Shown here one piece after another: positions 28,429-38,937 of a stretch of DNA of 62,167 nt. A program made the position numbers and the translations under genes. The stretch is from Chloroflexota bacterium (lineage in GTDB: Bacteria > Chloroflexota > Limnocylindria > QHBO01): contig JBDTQD010000003.1 in the NCBI GenBank assembly GCA_039932375.1, positions 1 through 62,167 of the forward strand, in the 5' to 3' direction. Position 1 is the stretch's first letter; each line of letters opens with the position of its first letter. The notes under the pieces are model-generated. The model saw nothing but the letters and a program-made list of their open reading frames with translations, did no database searches and was not told the DNA's origin.

Positions 28429-28532
28429 CGGTTCTGTGGCGTCCTCGTAGCCGGGTTGGTCGGCGCGGGCAGGATAGCACGGCACTTCCCGTCGCCCGGT
28501 ATCGACCGATGGTCCGGGGCTAGCATGAGTCC

Positions 28533-29159
28533 GTGCCTGCCACGATCGCTTATGCGCCGATGGAGACTCCGATCGGCCGGCTGTGGCTGGCCACCGGCGA
28601 CGCCGGGCTGGTGGCCATCTCCAGGTCTGAAAGTCCGGAGCAGCTCCTGGTCGCGCTGCGCCGGCGAGGGTTGGCGGGAGTCGTCGACCCCGATCCCCTG
28701 CGCGAGCCGATCTCCCAGCTCATGGCCTATTTCAGCGGCGCACGCGTCATCGAGGTGCCGGTCGACCTGCGAGGGCTGCCTACGTTCCATGTCGCCGTGT
28801 ACCGAGCCGCCGTGGCGATTCCCTATGGAGCGACCGTCTCGTACAGGGATCTGGCGGTCGCGGCGGGTTCGCCTCGAGCCGCGCGGGCCGTCGGCGCAGC
28901 CATGGCGCGATGCCCCCTCTTCCCGGTGGTGCCGTGCCATCGGGTGATCCATGCCGACGGTTCACTGGGCGGCTGGGGGGCCGATCCCAGGGTGAAGCGC
29001 TGGCTGCTCGACCTGGAGAACGGGGCGCGGCGCTGGGGAGCTGGGGAGGCCGATCAGATCGGCCTTCTGACGGTCGAATCGGCGAAACCCGACCTTCCTC
29101 CGCCATACGGCCGGGCAAATCAGCCGCGTGACGATCGAGGCGAGGCTCCTCCGTCGTAA
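28533..29159 (+). CDS. ogt: Methylated-DNA--protein-cysteine methyltransferase
   Basis: IPYG.T.SY, AARAVG, VPCHRVI, LGGW. Confidence 0.9.
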   Translation: MPATIAYAPMETPIGRLWLATGDAGLVAISRSESPEQLLVALRRRGLAGVVDPDPLREPISQLMAYFSGARVIEVPVDLRGLPTFHVAVYRAAVAIPYGATVSYRDLAVAAGSPRAARAVGAAMARCPLFPVVPCHRVIHADGSLGGWGADPRVKRWLLDLENGARRWGAGEADQIGLLTVESAKPDLPPPYGRANQPRDDRGEAPPS

Positions 29160-29229
29160 GGCTGACTGAGCCAGCCTGACGCCTTCAACCCCGACGGGTC
29201 ACTGGCGAGCCTGCGGTAGCCAGCGAGCC

Positions 29230-29901
29230 TTACTTCTTGGCGGGCTTGGCGTCCGCGGCGGCGGCTTCCTTGGCGGTGGGGACCGTCCCGCCCGAGGCCT
29301 GGGTCATGCTGATCAGCGACTCGGTGCTGCCGACGAAGACCTCGTCGATGAGCCCGTATGCCTTCGCATCCTCGGCGCTCATGTAGAAGTCGCGGTCGGA
29401 ATCGGCCTTCACCTTCTCGGCGGGCTGCCCCGTATGGGCGGCCAGGATCTTGGTGAGCCGATCGGTGAGGTGCATCACCTCGCGCATCTGGATCTCGACG
29501 TCCGGCGTATTGCCGCGGAAGCCGGCGGATCCCTGGTGAATCATGATGCGGCTGTTGGGCAGCGCGAAGCGCTTGCCCTTGGCACCGGCAGCCAGCAGGA
29601 CCGACGCCATGCTCGCAGCCTGTCCGATGCAGATCGTGCTGACCGGCGCCTTCAGGTACTGCATCGTGTCGTAGATCGCCAGCCCGCTGGTGACCACGCC
29701 GCCCGGCGAGTTGACGTACAGGCTGATGTCCTTGGTCGGATCCTCGCTCTCCAGGAAGAGGAGCTGCGCGATCACCAGGTTGGCGATGTGATCCTCGATC
29801 GGCTCGCCCAGGAAGATGATTCGCTCCTTGAGCAGCCGCGAGTAGATGTCGAAGGCCCGCTCACCCCGAGCGCTCGACTCGATGACCATCGGGACCAGCA
29901 T
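29230..29901 (-). CDS. clpP: Clp protease proteolytic subunit
   Basis: [38 protein letters not shown]. Confidence 0.98.
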   Translation of the reverse strand: MLVPMVIESSARGERAFDIYSRLLKERIIFLGEPIEDHIANLVIAQLLFLESEDPTKDISLYVNSPGGVVTSGLAIYDTMQYLKAPVSTICIGQAASMASVLLAAGAKGKRFALPNSRIMIHQGSAGFRGNTPDVEIQMREVMHLTDRLTKILAAHTGQPAEKVKADSDRDFYMSAEDAKAYGLIDEVFVGSTESLISMTQASGGTVPTAKEAAAADAKPAKK

Positions 29902-29905
29902 GCGT

Positions 29906-31264
29906 CTACTCCGTGGTGTCGTCTTGATCGGAGGCCGATGCCTCGGCCGGGACTGCGTCGGCGCCCTCGCCAGTACCGAGCGCGCGGTCGATCAGCGTGT
30001 CGACCAGTGTACGGTTGCGCAGCGTCATGCGCAGGTATGCGCGGCCACGGCGCGAGCTGAGGTATTCGCGCAACTTCGGCTCATCCCGGTATCGCGCCAG
30101 CTGATCGGCGATCTCCGCATCGATCTGCTCGGGGGTGGCGTCGATCCCCTCCTTCTCGGCGATCGCCGACAGGACGAGCAGCGACTTCACGCGGCGGCTC
30201 GCCGGCTCGCGCAGCTCGGCGGCGAGCTCCTCGGGCGACTGGCGCGCCATCTCCAGGTACTTGTCCATCCCGATCGACTGGGATGCCAGACGGGTCCCCA
30301 GCTCGTCTCGCATGATCTCGATCTCGTTCGCGATCATCACCTCGGGCAGGTCGATCGAGGCGTTGGTCGAGGCGAAGTCGATGACCCGATCGGCGAAGTG
30401 GTGGCGTGCCTCATCGGCGCCGCGTCGAACGAGCGCATCCCGGATCTCAGCGCGCAGCTCATCCACCGTCAACAGGTCGCTGACGCTCTTGGCGAACTCG
30501 TCGTCGAGCTCGGGCAAAATCCGCTCGCGCAGGTCGAGCAGGGTCACTTCGAACCGGGCGCGCTTGCCTTGGAGCTCCTCGACCCGGTAGTCCTTTGGGA
30601 AGTCGATCTCGAACTCGCTGGTCTGATCGATCGTCATCCCGACCAGGTTCTCCTCCCAGCCGGGGATCATTCGCTCCTCGCCGATGACGACCGGCAGTCG
30701 GTCGGCGGAACCGCCCTCGAACGGCTCGCCGTCGATCGTGCCGATGAACTTCACCGCGGCGATATCGCCCTTGGCGGCCGGGCGCCCGTCCGCCGGCCGC
30801 AGGGTGGCCTGCTGCTCCCGCAGGTCGCCGATCACCGCCTCCACCTGCTCGTCGGTGACCTCGACGGGCTCGAGGCCGAACGGGTAGTCCATGTACGCCC
30901 CGAGGGCCACGTCGGGGCGAATCGCCACGGTGGCGGTGAAATGGACCGCGGCACCCTCGACCACGGTCGCGCTGTCGAGGTCCAGCTCGGGCTGGTTGAG
31001 CGGATTGACGTTCGCCTGATCGAGGGCCGAGTCATAGCTCTCGTTGACGAGGTGATCGATCGCCTCGGCGACCACCGAGGCACGACCCACGAACCGGTCG
31101 ATCACGTGCCTGGGCGCTTTCCCCGGCCGAAAGCCGGGGACCTTCGTCCGCTCGGAGACGTGTCGATAGGCGGTCGCGAAGTGGCGGTCGACCTCGGTCG
31201 GCGAGACCTCGATCTCCAGGACCATCCTGGAGCCGGGCTCAGCGCGGGTGGAGACGGTGACCAA
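29906..31264 (-). CDS. tig: Trigger factor
   Basis: [13 protein letters not shown]-like [11 protein letters not shown]...MIPGWEE..FP.DY; upstream of clpP; TTG start. Confidence 0.95.
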   Translation of the reverse strand: MVTVSTRAEPGSRMVLEIEVSPTEVDRHFATAYRHVSERTKVPGFRPGKAPRHVIDRFVGRASVVAEAIDHLVNESYDSALDQANVNPLNQPELDLDSATVVEGAAVHFTATVAIRPDVALGAYMDYPFGLEPVEVTDEQVEAVIGDLREQQATLRPADGRPAAKGDIAAVKFIGTIDGEPFEGGSADRLPVVIGEERMIPGWEENLVGMTIDQTSEFEIDFPKDYRVEELQGKRARFEVTLLDLRERILPELDDEFAKSVSDLLTVDELRAEIRDALVRRGADEARHHFADRVIDFASTNASIDLPEVMIANEIEIMRDELGTRLASQSIGMDKYLEMARQSPEELAAELREPASRRVKSLLVLSAIAEKEGIDATPEQIDAEIADQLARYRDEPKLREYLSSRRGRAYLRMTLRNRTLVDTLIDRALGTGEGADAVPAEASASDQDDTTE

Positions 31265-31284
31265 GGCTGCTCCTGCTGATGGGG

Positions 31285-31368
31285 TGGTGGGCGAGGCGAG
31301 ATTCGAACTCGCACGTCTTGCGACACCGGCTCCTAAAGCCGGCGCGTCTGCCGTTCCGCCACTCGCCC
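31285..31368 (-). tRNA. tRNA-Leu (anticodon TAG)
   Basis: GGGCGAG/CTCGCCC acceptor stem, CCGGC-TTTAGGA-GCCGG anticodon arm, long variable arm, GTTCGAAT, encoded CCA. Confidence 0.97.
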
Positions 31369-31432
31369 CAAGGCTCGCGGACGGTGGATCCTGTCGGCGG
31401 AGTCTAGCAAGCGCCGCCCTGGGAGCGCTCTC

Positions 31433-32047
31433 TCAGTTGCGGGACGACCAGCCCGAGTACTCGTTGGGGCCAGGCGCTGCAACGCTCTTCCCCTCGCCAT
31501 CGCCACGCGCCTTTGGGTTTGCCGGCTCGGGCGGCGGCTCGCCGGTCAGGAAGCGCGCGATCGCCTTCCGGGCTAGCGCCGCCGCGACGAGCCCCAGCGC
31601 GGTCTCGGCCGCGGTCCATGCCGCTCGCGTTGGCCCGGGCGGTCCGTTGACCATCTGACGGGCCAGCTCCTTGCGCGCTTTCTTGTCCTTGATCGGGTCG
31701 CGACGCCAGCGGCGCAGCTCCTCGACCAGCTGGTCGCGTACGTCCTTCGCCCTCGGGCCCGCCTCGCCGGCCAGGGTGGCGACCCAGGCCTGCATGCTGG
31801 CGGGAAGCGCGTCATATGCCTGCTCGGCGACATTCGGAGCGACTCGCCGGCGCAGCATCCGGGCGAGGCGGCGTGGACCGCCCGCCACCAGGAAGGCGGT
31901 GGCGGCACCGATCCCGATCACGACCGCGGGGTTCTCCCGCACCCTCTTGCCCAGGTCGAGCGCATTTCGCAGCCCGTCGGCAGTCGCCTCCAGCTCGGCC
32001 CGCTGAGCGGCGATCTCTACCCTCGTCTGATCAATCGTCTCGCCCAC
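31433..32047 (-). CDS. Hypothetical protein (DUF3618-like N-terminus)
   Basis: AGGAGG then GTG; R.EI...RAEL..T.D.L followed by a hydrophobic patch; follows a holin-family gene. Confidence 0.65.
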   Translation of the reverse strand: MGETIDQTRVEIAAQRAELEATADGLRNALDLGKRVRENPAVVIGIGAATAFLVAGGPRRLARMLRRRVAPNVAEQAYDALPASMQAWVATLAGEAGPRAKDVRDQLVEELRRWRRDPIKDKKARKELARQMVNGPPGPTRAAWTAAETALGLVAAALARKAIARFLTGEPPPEPANPKARGDGEGKSVAAPGPNEYSGWSSRN

Positions 32048-32424
32048 GCGACCTCCTCCTTGACCGATGCGATCGTCTCCTCGGGCGGGCCGATCTTCAG
32101 GCGGCGGATGCCGCTGTAAGCGATCAGGCCGGCGACGCCGATCAAGACGAGCGTCAACAGCAACGCCATCAACCACGCCGGCAGCCCGGTCAGGGCGGCG
32201 AGGGCCATGATCACCGCCACCAGCAGTGTGATCAACGCCGCGAAGACGAGCCCGATGGCGATCCCGATCATCACCACCCCGCGGCGCGCCGTGGCGAGCA
32301 TCGCCCCGATCTCCTGCCGACCGTGCTGCAGCTCGAGCCTGCCGAGCGCCACAAAGCCCGAGACCAGCCGCCGCGCCAGCGCAAAGGCACTCTGTCTCGG
32401 CGGCAACTCGTCGCGGTTGGTCAT
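32017..32424 (-). CDS. Phage holin superfamily III / DUF1469-like membrane protein (chromosomal type)
   Basis: L.R.EL...R.E, two TM helices, PPEETIASVKE..W. Confidence 0.8.
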   Translation of the reverse strand: MTNRDELPPRQSAFALARRLVSGFVALGRLELQHGRQEIGAMLATARRGVVMIGIAIGLVFAALITLLVAVIMALAALTGLPAWLMALLLTLVLIGVAGLIAYSGIRRLKIGPPEETIASVKEEVAWARRLIRRG

Positions 32425-32501
32425 GGCGCCCGATTCTACAAGGCTCCTGCCGCCGAACCTCCGGAGCCCGTGGCGACGCACGTCCGGTATCCTTCGCCGC
32501 C

Positions 32502-33158
32502 ATGGCCAAACGACGCACCTCAGGCATCCAGCGACGCTCGCGCGCCTCGGACGAGGCCCTTTCGAAGCGCCTCGGCGCCGTGCGCCGGCGACCTGCGCTG
32601 GACTGGCGCCTCCTCGCGATCGGGGGGATCCTCGTGCTCGGCGCGGTGGTGCTGGCCGTAGTCCTGCTGTTCGGTGGGGGCAGCAGCCCCGATGGATCCG
32701 GGGTCGGTAAGCGGCAGGTCGACGCCGGCCGCAATCACATCGCCGAGGGGACCGCGGGAGGTCCATACACGTCGGTGCCGGCATCATCGGGCCCACATTG
32801 GACGTCAGCCAATTCCCCCGGTCCGTGGGGCGTCCGCACCAACGCCCAGCCCCAGGAGCGGATGATCCACAACATGGAGCACGGCGGGGTCATCATCTGG
32901 TACCAGCCAGCCAAGCTCGACGCGGCCGGGGTCACGACACTGAAGGACTTCGTCAACCAGCAGGTCACCACCGAGCGCTTCAAGGTGATCCTGACGCCGT
33001 GGAGCGGCGCCGACTTCGGCCATCCGATCGCGGTCACGGCCTGGGATTGGCTGCTTTATCTCGATAGAGCCGATCTCGACCAGGTGGGCACCTTCATCAA
33101 CGCTCACTATGGCGACGCGCCGGAGCCGTTCGGCGGTCCGGCCAAGCCGGGGACCTGA
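32502..33158 (+). CDS. DUF3105 domain protein
   Basis: TM anchor; Y.S.PASSGPHW, IHNMEHGGVIIWY, IAVTAW. Confidence 0.9.
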   Translation: MAKRRTSGIQRRSRASDEALSKRLGAVRRRPALDWRLLAIGGILVLGAVVLAVVLLFGGGSSPDGSGVGKRQVDAGRNHIAEGTAGGPYTSVPASSGPHWTSANSPGPWGVRTNAQPQERMIHNMEHGGVIIWYQPAKLDAAGVTTLKDFVNQQVTTERFKVILTPWSGADFGHPIAVTAWDWLLYLDRADLDQVGTFINAHYGDAPEPFGGPAKPGT

Positions 33159-33199
33159 GGCGGGTTGACCCCCTCAGCCGCCTCCGCCATCATGCGGGA

Positions 33200-33274
33200 G
33201 GGCGGCTAGCTCAACGGCAGAGCAAGTGACTCTTAATCACTAGGTTCAGGGTTCGAATCCCTGGCCGCTCACCA
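33200..33274 (+). tRNA. tRNA-Lys (anticodon CTT)
   Basis: GGGCGGC/GCCGCTC acceptor stem, AGTGA-CTCTTAA-TCACT anticodon arm, GGTTCGAATCC, encoded CCA; TTGACC-17-CATCAT promoter at 33165-33193. Confidence 0.97.
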
Positions 33275-33297
33275 CCTCAACTGACCTGGACAGTCCC

Positions 33298-34599
33298 TCA
33301 GTTGCCGCATTGCAGCAACCCCGCCGCCTCCTTGGCGCGCAGCACATGCCAGGCCGCGTTGTACACGCGCGCGCGAAACCAGTCATGAGCCGTAGCCAGA
33401 GCCGCGACAGCCCTCGCCATCGTGATGGCTTGGTCGAGTTGGTTGAGGACGATCATGTCGCCGCCGGCGTCCAGGAAGTCAATCGCCCGGGTGCCAGGCG
33501 ACAGCGACCTGACGGCCGTTGCGCCCAGGCTGTCAGAGATCACGACTCCACGAAACCCGAGGTCGCCGCGCAGCATCCGGTTGATCACGATGTTCGAGAA
33601 CGCCGCCAGATGGTTCGGGTCGATCCGCTCGTAGGTCGCCAACGAGATCATCACGAATGGCACGCCTGCCCTGATCGCCCGCGCGAATGGTTGCAGATAC
33701 GGGTCGTGACGCGTCGTGACCGAGTCGACCACCGATTGGGTGAAGTCCGTATTGCCGAGGACCCGGCCGAGGCCAGGGAAGTGCTTGGCGGTCGTCCCCA
33801 CCCCGCCCGCTCGCAGGCCGGCAATGAATGCGGCGACGCTGCCTGCGACGTCAGCGGCATCGTGCCCGAACTCGCGGTCGAGCGCGCCGATCGGCGCGTT
33901 TTGCGCGTCTGTGCCGGGCGCCACGACATCGGCCACAGGCGCCAGATCCAGGTTCACACCGGCGGCGCGCAGCTCGCGACCCCAGCGCGTCGCTAGCGCG
34001 GTGAGCTGCGTCGTCGACATGGCGCCCTGGCTGAGCGCCGACGGGATGGTGGCGAACCCGGGACCGGAGAGCGCCTCGACCAGGCCGCCCTCCTGGTTCG
34101 CTGCGATGAAGAACCGCACACCATGCGTTGCCGAAAGGGTCGCCCGGGCCTGCACCGCATCCGACACGGCGCGCAGGGAAGCGACACCCACCGCCGTGCG
34201 TTTCGCGAAGAGGACGGAACCAAAGTGGAAGGCAGCGATCGCCTGGGAGTCGGCCACGTCGAGGTGGTCATCGGTCAGTCCAATCATGAAAAGCTGTCCG
34301 ATCCGCTGTGCCTCGGTCATGCCGTCGAGGGTCTCGACGGCACAGCTGGGCGGAGCGGACGCGGCGCTCGTCGGTGCCGGAGTCGCCGGGGTCGGGGTAG
34401 CCGGCACGAGCGTCGGCGGGGCTGACACAGGCGTGGGAGAAGGAACGGCGGCGACCGTCGGGCTGGGCGCCGAGGCGTTTGGGCGCGCCGTGATGGGCGG
34501 CGCCACGGCGGTGCAGCCACCGATGAGGACTGCTGCGAGTGCCACGTTCACGCCAATCGCTAGTCCCCGCCCCCGATGGCGCACCACAATTCGATCCAC
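33298..34599 (-). CDS. Glycoside hydrolase family 3 (NagZ-like) lipoprotein
   Basis: Lipobox-like LIGGC, P/T linker, NQEGG.V, NLDLAPVADV, KHFPGLG, VISDSL; start uncertain (34599 or 34551). Confidence 0.85.
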   Translation of the reverse strand: MDRIVVRHRGRGLAIGVNVALAAVLIGGCTAVAPPITARPNASAPSPTVAAVPSPTPVSAPPTLVPATPTPATPAPTSAASAPPSCAVETLDGMTEAQRIGQLFMIGLTDDHLDVADSQAIAAFHFGSVLFAKRTAVGVASLRAVSDAVQARATLSATHGVRFFIAANQEGGLVEALSGPGFATIPSALSQGAMSTTQLTALATRWGRELRAAGVNLDLAPVADVVAPGTDAQNAPIGALDREFGHDAADVAGSVAAFIAGLRAGGVGTTAKHFPGLGRVLGNTDFTQSVVDSVTTRHDPYLQPFARAIRAGVPFVMISLATYERIDPNHLAAFSNIVINRMLRGDLGFRGVVISDSLGATAVRSLSPGTRAIDFLDAGGDMIVLNQLDQAITMARAVAALATAHDWFRARVYNAAWHVLRAKEAAGLLQCGN

Positions 34600-34684
34600 G
34601 CTCGACCAACGCACGCTACCCCCGGAACGTTGAACGGCCGCACGATCGAGCGGCCGGAGACAGACCGGTGCGTACACTTCGGCC

Positions 34685-35079
34685 GTGGACCACAAGCCCG
34701 AACGGCAGGTCTGGCTCGTACGCCACGGCGAGACGGAATGGTCGCGCAGCGGGCACCACACCGGCAGAACCGACATCCCGCTCACGGCGGCGGGGCGGGC
34801 ACAGGCGGAGGTGCTCGGTCGGCGACTGGCGGGCCATCGGTTCGCGCTCGTCCTGACCAGTCCCTTGTCGCGTGCCGCCGACACCGCGGGGCTGGCCGGA
34901 TTCGGTGACGTCGCCGTCCAGGACGCGTGGCAGCGCGATGGCTCGAATTGGCTGGCCCCTCGGGCGGGCTCTTCGGACTGTCGACCGCGACCGTATCCGT
35001 CCTCGGCTGGGAGCGGGCGCGCGCCGTCATCGAGACCTGGAACGAGGCGTGCGAGGTCGCGCCTCCCGGTTCACCATAG
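34685..35079 (+). pseudogene. Histidine phosphatase family gene with internal deletion and frameshift
   Basis: [17 protein letters not shown]...TSPL.RA..TA.LAG intact to about 34922; C-terminus (VAARWL...[23 protein letters not shown]) is in another frame; the middle of the domain is absent. Confidence 0.8.
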
Positions 35080-35104
35080 TCCTGCGTGGTAGCCTTCCGC
35101 CGCC

Positions 35105-36391
35105 TTGCCCCACATCCCCATCGACCGACACAAGCTGCCAAACGGGCTGCGCATCCAGCTGTCGCACGACGATCGTGCGCCGATCGTGGCGGTGAACCTC
35201 TGGTACAACGTTGGCAGCCGCCACGAGAAGCCGGGCAAGACCGGATTCGCGCATCTCTTCGAGCACATGATGTTCCAGGGGTCGGCGCACGTGGCCAAGG
35301 GCGAGCACTTCAACCTGGTGCAGGCGGCGGGCGGCACCCTCAACGCCACGACCTGGCTCGATCGAACCAACTACTTCGACACGGTCCCCAGCCACGAGCT
35401 GGAGCTGGCCCTCTGGCTCGAATCGGATCGGCTCGCAACCCTGCTGGAGGCAATGACGCAGGAGAAGCTCGACAACCAGCGCGACGTGGTCAAGAACGAG
35501 CGCAGGGCATCGGTCGACAACCAGCCGTATGGGTCCTGGGACGAGAAGCTGCAGGAGCTGCTCTTTCCGGAAGGGCACCCGTATCACCATTCGACCATCG
35601 GCTCAATGGCGGACCTCGACGCAGCCTCGCTCGCCGATGTCAGCGAGTTCTTCGCTGACCACTACGCCCCCAACAACGCCGTCCTGACCATCGCCGGCGA
35701 CTTCGATCGGGACTCCGCGCTTGCCCTCGCTGAGAAACACTTCGGACCGATCAAGGCCAACCCGGCGATCCCCGCCGCCCCCTCGACCGCCATCGACCCG
35801 GTCATCGGCGCGGAAGTGCGCCAGGCGATCCCGGATCGGGTCCCGCTGCCGCGCGTGTACGCCGGCTACCGGATACCGACCTTCGGAACAGACGGGTTCG
35901 ACGCGGTGGAGGTCGCCGTGGACCTGCTTGGGAGCGGCCGGGCCTCGCGGCTGTATCGGGCCCTCGTGCGGGAACAGCAGGTTGCCCAGGACGTGAGCAC
36001 CTTCGCATTCCCGGTGATCGGCGGTGCGGCGCTCTTCACCATGTGGGCAACCGCGCGGCCCGATGTCACCCCCGAGACGCTCGAAGCCGCCCTGCTGGCC
36101 GAGGTCGACAGGCTCACCGGCGAGGGTCCCTCGGACACCGAGCTGGAGCGGGTCCGGAACCTGCATGCCGCCAGCGTGGAGTCAAGCCTGGAACGGGTCG
36201 GCGAGCGGGCCGATCGCATCTCCATGTACGCCTGCCTCTTCGACGAGCCGGAGCGGATCAACGCCGAGGTGAGCCGATACCTCGCGGTCGACGCCGCCCG
36301 GGTACGCGAGGCCATGTCCGTGAGCCTGCGCGCCGACAACCGGGTCCTCCTGACCTACCTCCCGACCGAGTCGCCGGAGGCTCCCGCGTGA
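35105..36391 (+). CDS. M16 (pitrilysin) metallopeptidase, catalytic subunit
   Basis: AHLFEHMMF (HxxEH), NATTW.DRTNY, VVKNERR. Confidence 0.95.
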   Translation: MPHIPIDRHKLPNGLRIQLSHDDRAPIVAVNLWYNVGSRHEKPGKTGFAHLFEHMMFQGSAHVAKGEHFNLVQAAGGTLNATTWLDRTNYFDTVPSHELELALWLESDRLATLLEAMTQEKLDNQRDVVKNERRASVDNQPYGSWDEKLQELLFPEGHPYHHSTIGSMADLDAASLADVSEFFADHYAPNNAVLTIAGDFDRDSALALAEKHFGPIKANPAIPAAPSTAIDPVIGAEVRQAIPDRVPLPRVYAGYRIPTFGTDGFDAVEVAVDLLGSGRASRLYRALVREQQVAQDVSTFAFPVIGGAALFTMWATARPDVTPETLEAALLAEVDRLTGEGPSDTELERVRNLHAASVESSLERVGERADRISMYACLFDEPERINAEVSRYLAVDAARVREAMSVSLRADNRVLLTYLPTESPEAPA

Positions 36392-37743
36392 CCACTGCGA
36401 ACCCGATGCGCCCGATCGCCGGCACCCCCCGCCCGTACCACTTTCCATCGTTCACGCGCCGGCAGCTGCCGAACGGGCTGACGATCTGGATAGTGCCGAT
36501 CGCTGGCTCGACCCTGGTCAACGTGCACCTGCTGGTCGATGGCGGCGCGGCGGCCGAGGACGAGCCACACGCCGGCATCGCCGCGCTCACCGCACAGCTG
36601 CTGGTCACCGGCACGCGGCGCCTCGACGCCTCGGCCTTCGCCGAGGCGACCGAGCGGCTGGGGATCGAAGTGAGCAGCGAGTCGAGCTGGGACAGCGCCC
36701 GCGCCGCCTTCCAGACGCTGCCGCAGTACCTCGACCAGGGACTGGCCCTGCTGGCGGAGATGATCCGTGAGCCGCGGTTCGACCCCACCGAGTTCGAGCG
36801 ACTGAAGGCGGAGCGCCTGGCGGAGATCCTCCAGCTGCGCGCGGAGCCGGGGCGGCTCGCCGACGAGACCTTCCTGCAATACGCGTACGCCGCCGACACC
36901 CCGTATCGCCGTCTGGCAGCAGGCTCCCCCGAGACGGTGGCGACCCTGGTCCGAGATGACGTCGTCGCCTTCCACGCGACGCACTACCGCCCCGGCCTGG
37001 CGCATCTGGTCATCGCCGGATCGTTCGACGACGCGGCTGCGGCGGCATCGGTCGAGAAGCACCTTGGCAGCTGGGACGGCTCGGGACCCGGCCACCGCAC
37101 GATCGCTCCGCACCCTGGCGGCGCGCGGCGTGTGGTCATCGTTGACCGGCCGGGATCCGTGCAGAGCGAGCTGCGGGCCGGGCACATCGGCATCGATCGC
37201 TATGACCCGCGCTACTTCCCCGCCATCGTCATGGCAACGTCCCTCGGCGGCATGTTCTGGTCACGCCTGAATCGGCGCCTTCGCGAGGAGCTGGGCTACA
37301 CGTACGGGGCGCGCTGCGGGTTCGATGCGCGGCGCTCGGCCGGCGTCTTCACCGCTGGCGCTGCAGTGCAGACGGACGTGACCGCCCCTGCGATCGGCGA
37401 GCTGGTGGCGCTGCTGGAGGCGGCCCGTGCGGCGCCGTTCGAGGAGGCGGAGCTGAAGGAGGCGCGCGACTACCTGGTCGGCGTCTTCCCCCTGCGGTTC
37501 GAGTCGACCGGTGGTATCGCGGGTGCCATTGAGCCGATCGCGATCTACGGGCTGGCGGACGACTTCTGGCAGACCTACCGCGACCAGATCGAGGCCGTGG
37601 GAGAGGCGGAGGCGCATGCCGCAGCTGTCGAGCTGATCCGGCCCGACGAGCTGCTCATCCTGGCGGTCGGCGACGCGGCGAAGATCCGCGAGGATGTCGA
37701 GCGCCTCGACCTGGGACCGCTCGAGGTCGTCCCGGCGCCCTGA
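36388..37743 (+). CDS. M16 peptidase family, non-catalytic partner subunit
   Basis: GTGA overlap; LPNGL, LGGMFWSRL..RLREELGYTYG; lacks HxxEH. Confidence 0.9.
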   Translation: MTTANPMRPIAGTPRPYHFPSFTRRQLPNGLTIWIVPIAGSTLVNVHLLVDGGAAAEDEPHAGIAALTAQLLVTGTRRLDASAFAEATERLGIEVSSESSWDSARAAFQTLPQYLDQGLALLAEMIREPRFDPTEFERLKAERLAEILQLRAEPGRLADETFLQYAYAADTPYRRLAAGSPETVATLVRDDVVAFHATHYRPGLAHLVIAGSFDDAAAAASVEKHLGSWDGSGPGHRTIAPHPGGARRVVIVDRPGSVQSELRAGHIGIDRYDPRYFPAIVMATSLGGMFWSRLNRRLREELGYTYGARCGFDARRSAGVFTAGAAVQTDVTAPAIGELVALLEAARAAPFEEAELKEARDYLVGVFPLRFESTGGIAGAIEPIAIYGLADDFWQTYRDQIEAVGEAEAHAAAVELIRPDELLILAVGDAAKIREDVERLDLGPLEVVPAP

Positions 37744-38899
37744 CCTTCGTCGACCGCTCGCGAGCTCGCGTGAGGCGGACGCGCGCTGCCGCGATCCGGC
37801 GTGCGGGATCGGCTCGCAGGCGGCGACGGTTCAGCGCTTCCGGGTGGTCGCCTCGGGCGATGGCCGCCAGCAGCGCCGATGCACGCTCGAGCTGCCCACC
37901 CTCAGTCAGGAGCTGCACGATGCTGAACCAGCGCGCCGGCTCGGTGATCGGGATCGCCACTGCGCGCTCCATCAGCTCGGCTGCTCGCTCGACATTACCC
38001 GCCTGCATATGCGCCTTGATCGCCGCACGCACATCGGCGAAGGCAGGCGGCATGTCGAGCGCCTCGAGGTAGTTGAGGAGCAGCTCCGCGGACTCGGCAC
38101 GTTCCTCCGGCGGGCCACGGCGCACGCGAGCGTCGCGGTATTCGGCGAGCAAGGCGCGGAGCTCGCGATCGACCCACTTGCGCTGCGGGCTGCCAGGAAC
38201 ATAACCCAGCGCGACCGTCCGCAGGAAACCGGTCCCGCGCAGGTACTCGCGGGACGCCAGGTAGGCCTGCCGCAGGTTGGCGCCCTCCAGCGTCTCGAAG
38301 GTTGCCTCCAGCTCGACCAGCCGCTCCAGTGCGCCGATCCAATCGTCCGTACGCCCGCGATCGCGGTAATACGCGGTGGCAAACCGCAGCCAGTACCGCT
38401 CCCGATGATCGTGCCAGTCCTCGCCGTCGATGTGGTTCGCGACGATCCAGGCGCGCTGGGCCGCCGGACCGGTCACGAAGACACTGGTCGGGACACGGAA
38501 GCCGAGCACGTTGCGGAACTCGGGCGTGTGCCAGGGGGTGCGCGCCGGGCGGCCCGCCTGCCTGACACGGCGGATCGGGGAGGGCGTCTCGTCGGGCCCG
38601 AGCGGCCAGTCCAGGCTCGAGGCGCGCCCGCGCTCGAGCAGGTTGTCGTAGTGGAGGCGCCGGAGGGGGTCGCGCAGCTCGCTCCAGGCGCGGTTGAGGA
38701 CGGAGGTGCGCAGCGTGGCGAGCGAATCGTCGGCACTGCGGTCGGGGTGATGGCGCAGCACTGCCTCGCGGAACGCCGCCCGGAGCTCCGCCACGGTCGC
38801 CGATGGCTCGGCGCCGAGCACGGCGTAGTAGTCGCGCGACTCGATGCGCGCCTCCTCCGCGACCGTCCTGTTGGACATCCGATCGAGTCTAGCGTTCAT
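37655..38899 (-). CDS. J-domain protein with helical/TPR-like C-terminus
   Basis: DYYAVLG......ELRAAFR....RHHPDR...LNRAW..L.DP..R..YD. Confidence 0.8.
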   Translation of the reverse strand: MNARLDRMSNRTVAEEARIESRDYYAVLGAEPSATVAELRAAFREAVLRHHPDRSADDSLATLRTSVLNRAWSELRDPLRRLHYDNLLERGRASSLDWPLGPDETPSPIRRVRQAGRPARTPWHTPEFRNVLGFRVPTSVFVTGPAAQRAWIVANHIDGEDWHDHRERYWLRFATAYYRDRGRTDDWIGALERLVELEATFETLEGANLRQAYLASREYLRGTGFLRTVALGYVPGSPQRKWVDRELRALLAEYRDARVRRGPPEERAESAELLLNYLEALDMPPAFADVRAAIKAHMQAGNVERAAELMERAVAIPITEPARWFSIVQLLTEGGQLERASALLAAIARGDHPEALNRRRLRADPARRIAAARVRLTRARERSTKVRAPGRPRAVPGRGARHPRGSSPRRRPPG

Positions 38900-38937
38900 C
38901 GTTCGGGAGTCCCACATTCGGTATGCTGCCCGGCAAC

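Noticed and set aside
32017-32424. Prophage suggested by a holin-family gene between two tRNAs
   Set aside because: This family is commonly chromosomal; no integrase, structural genes or tRNA 3'-end direct repeat found
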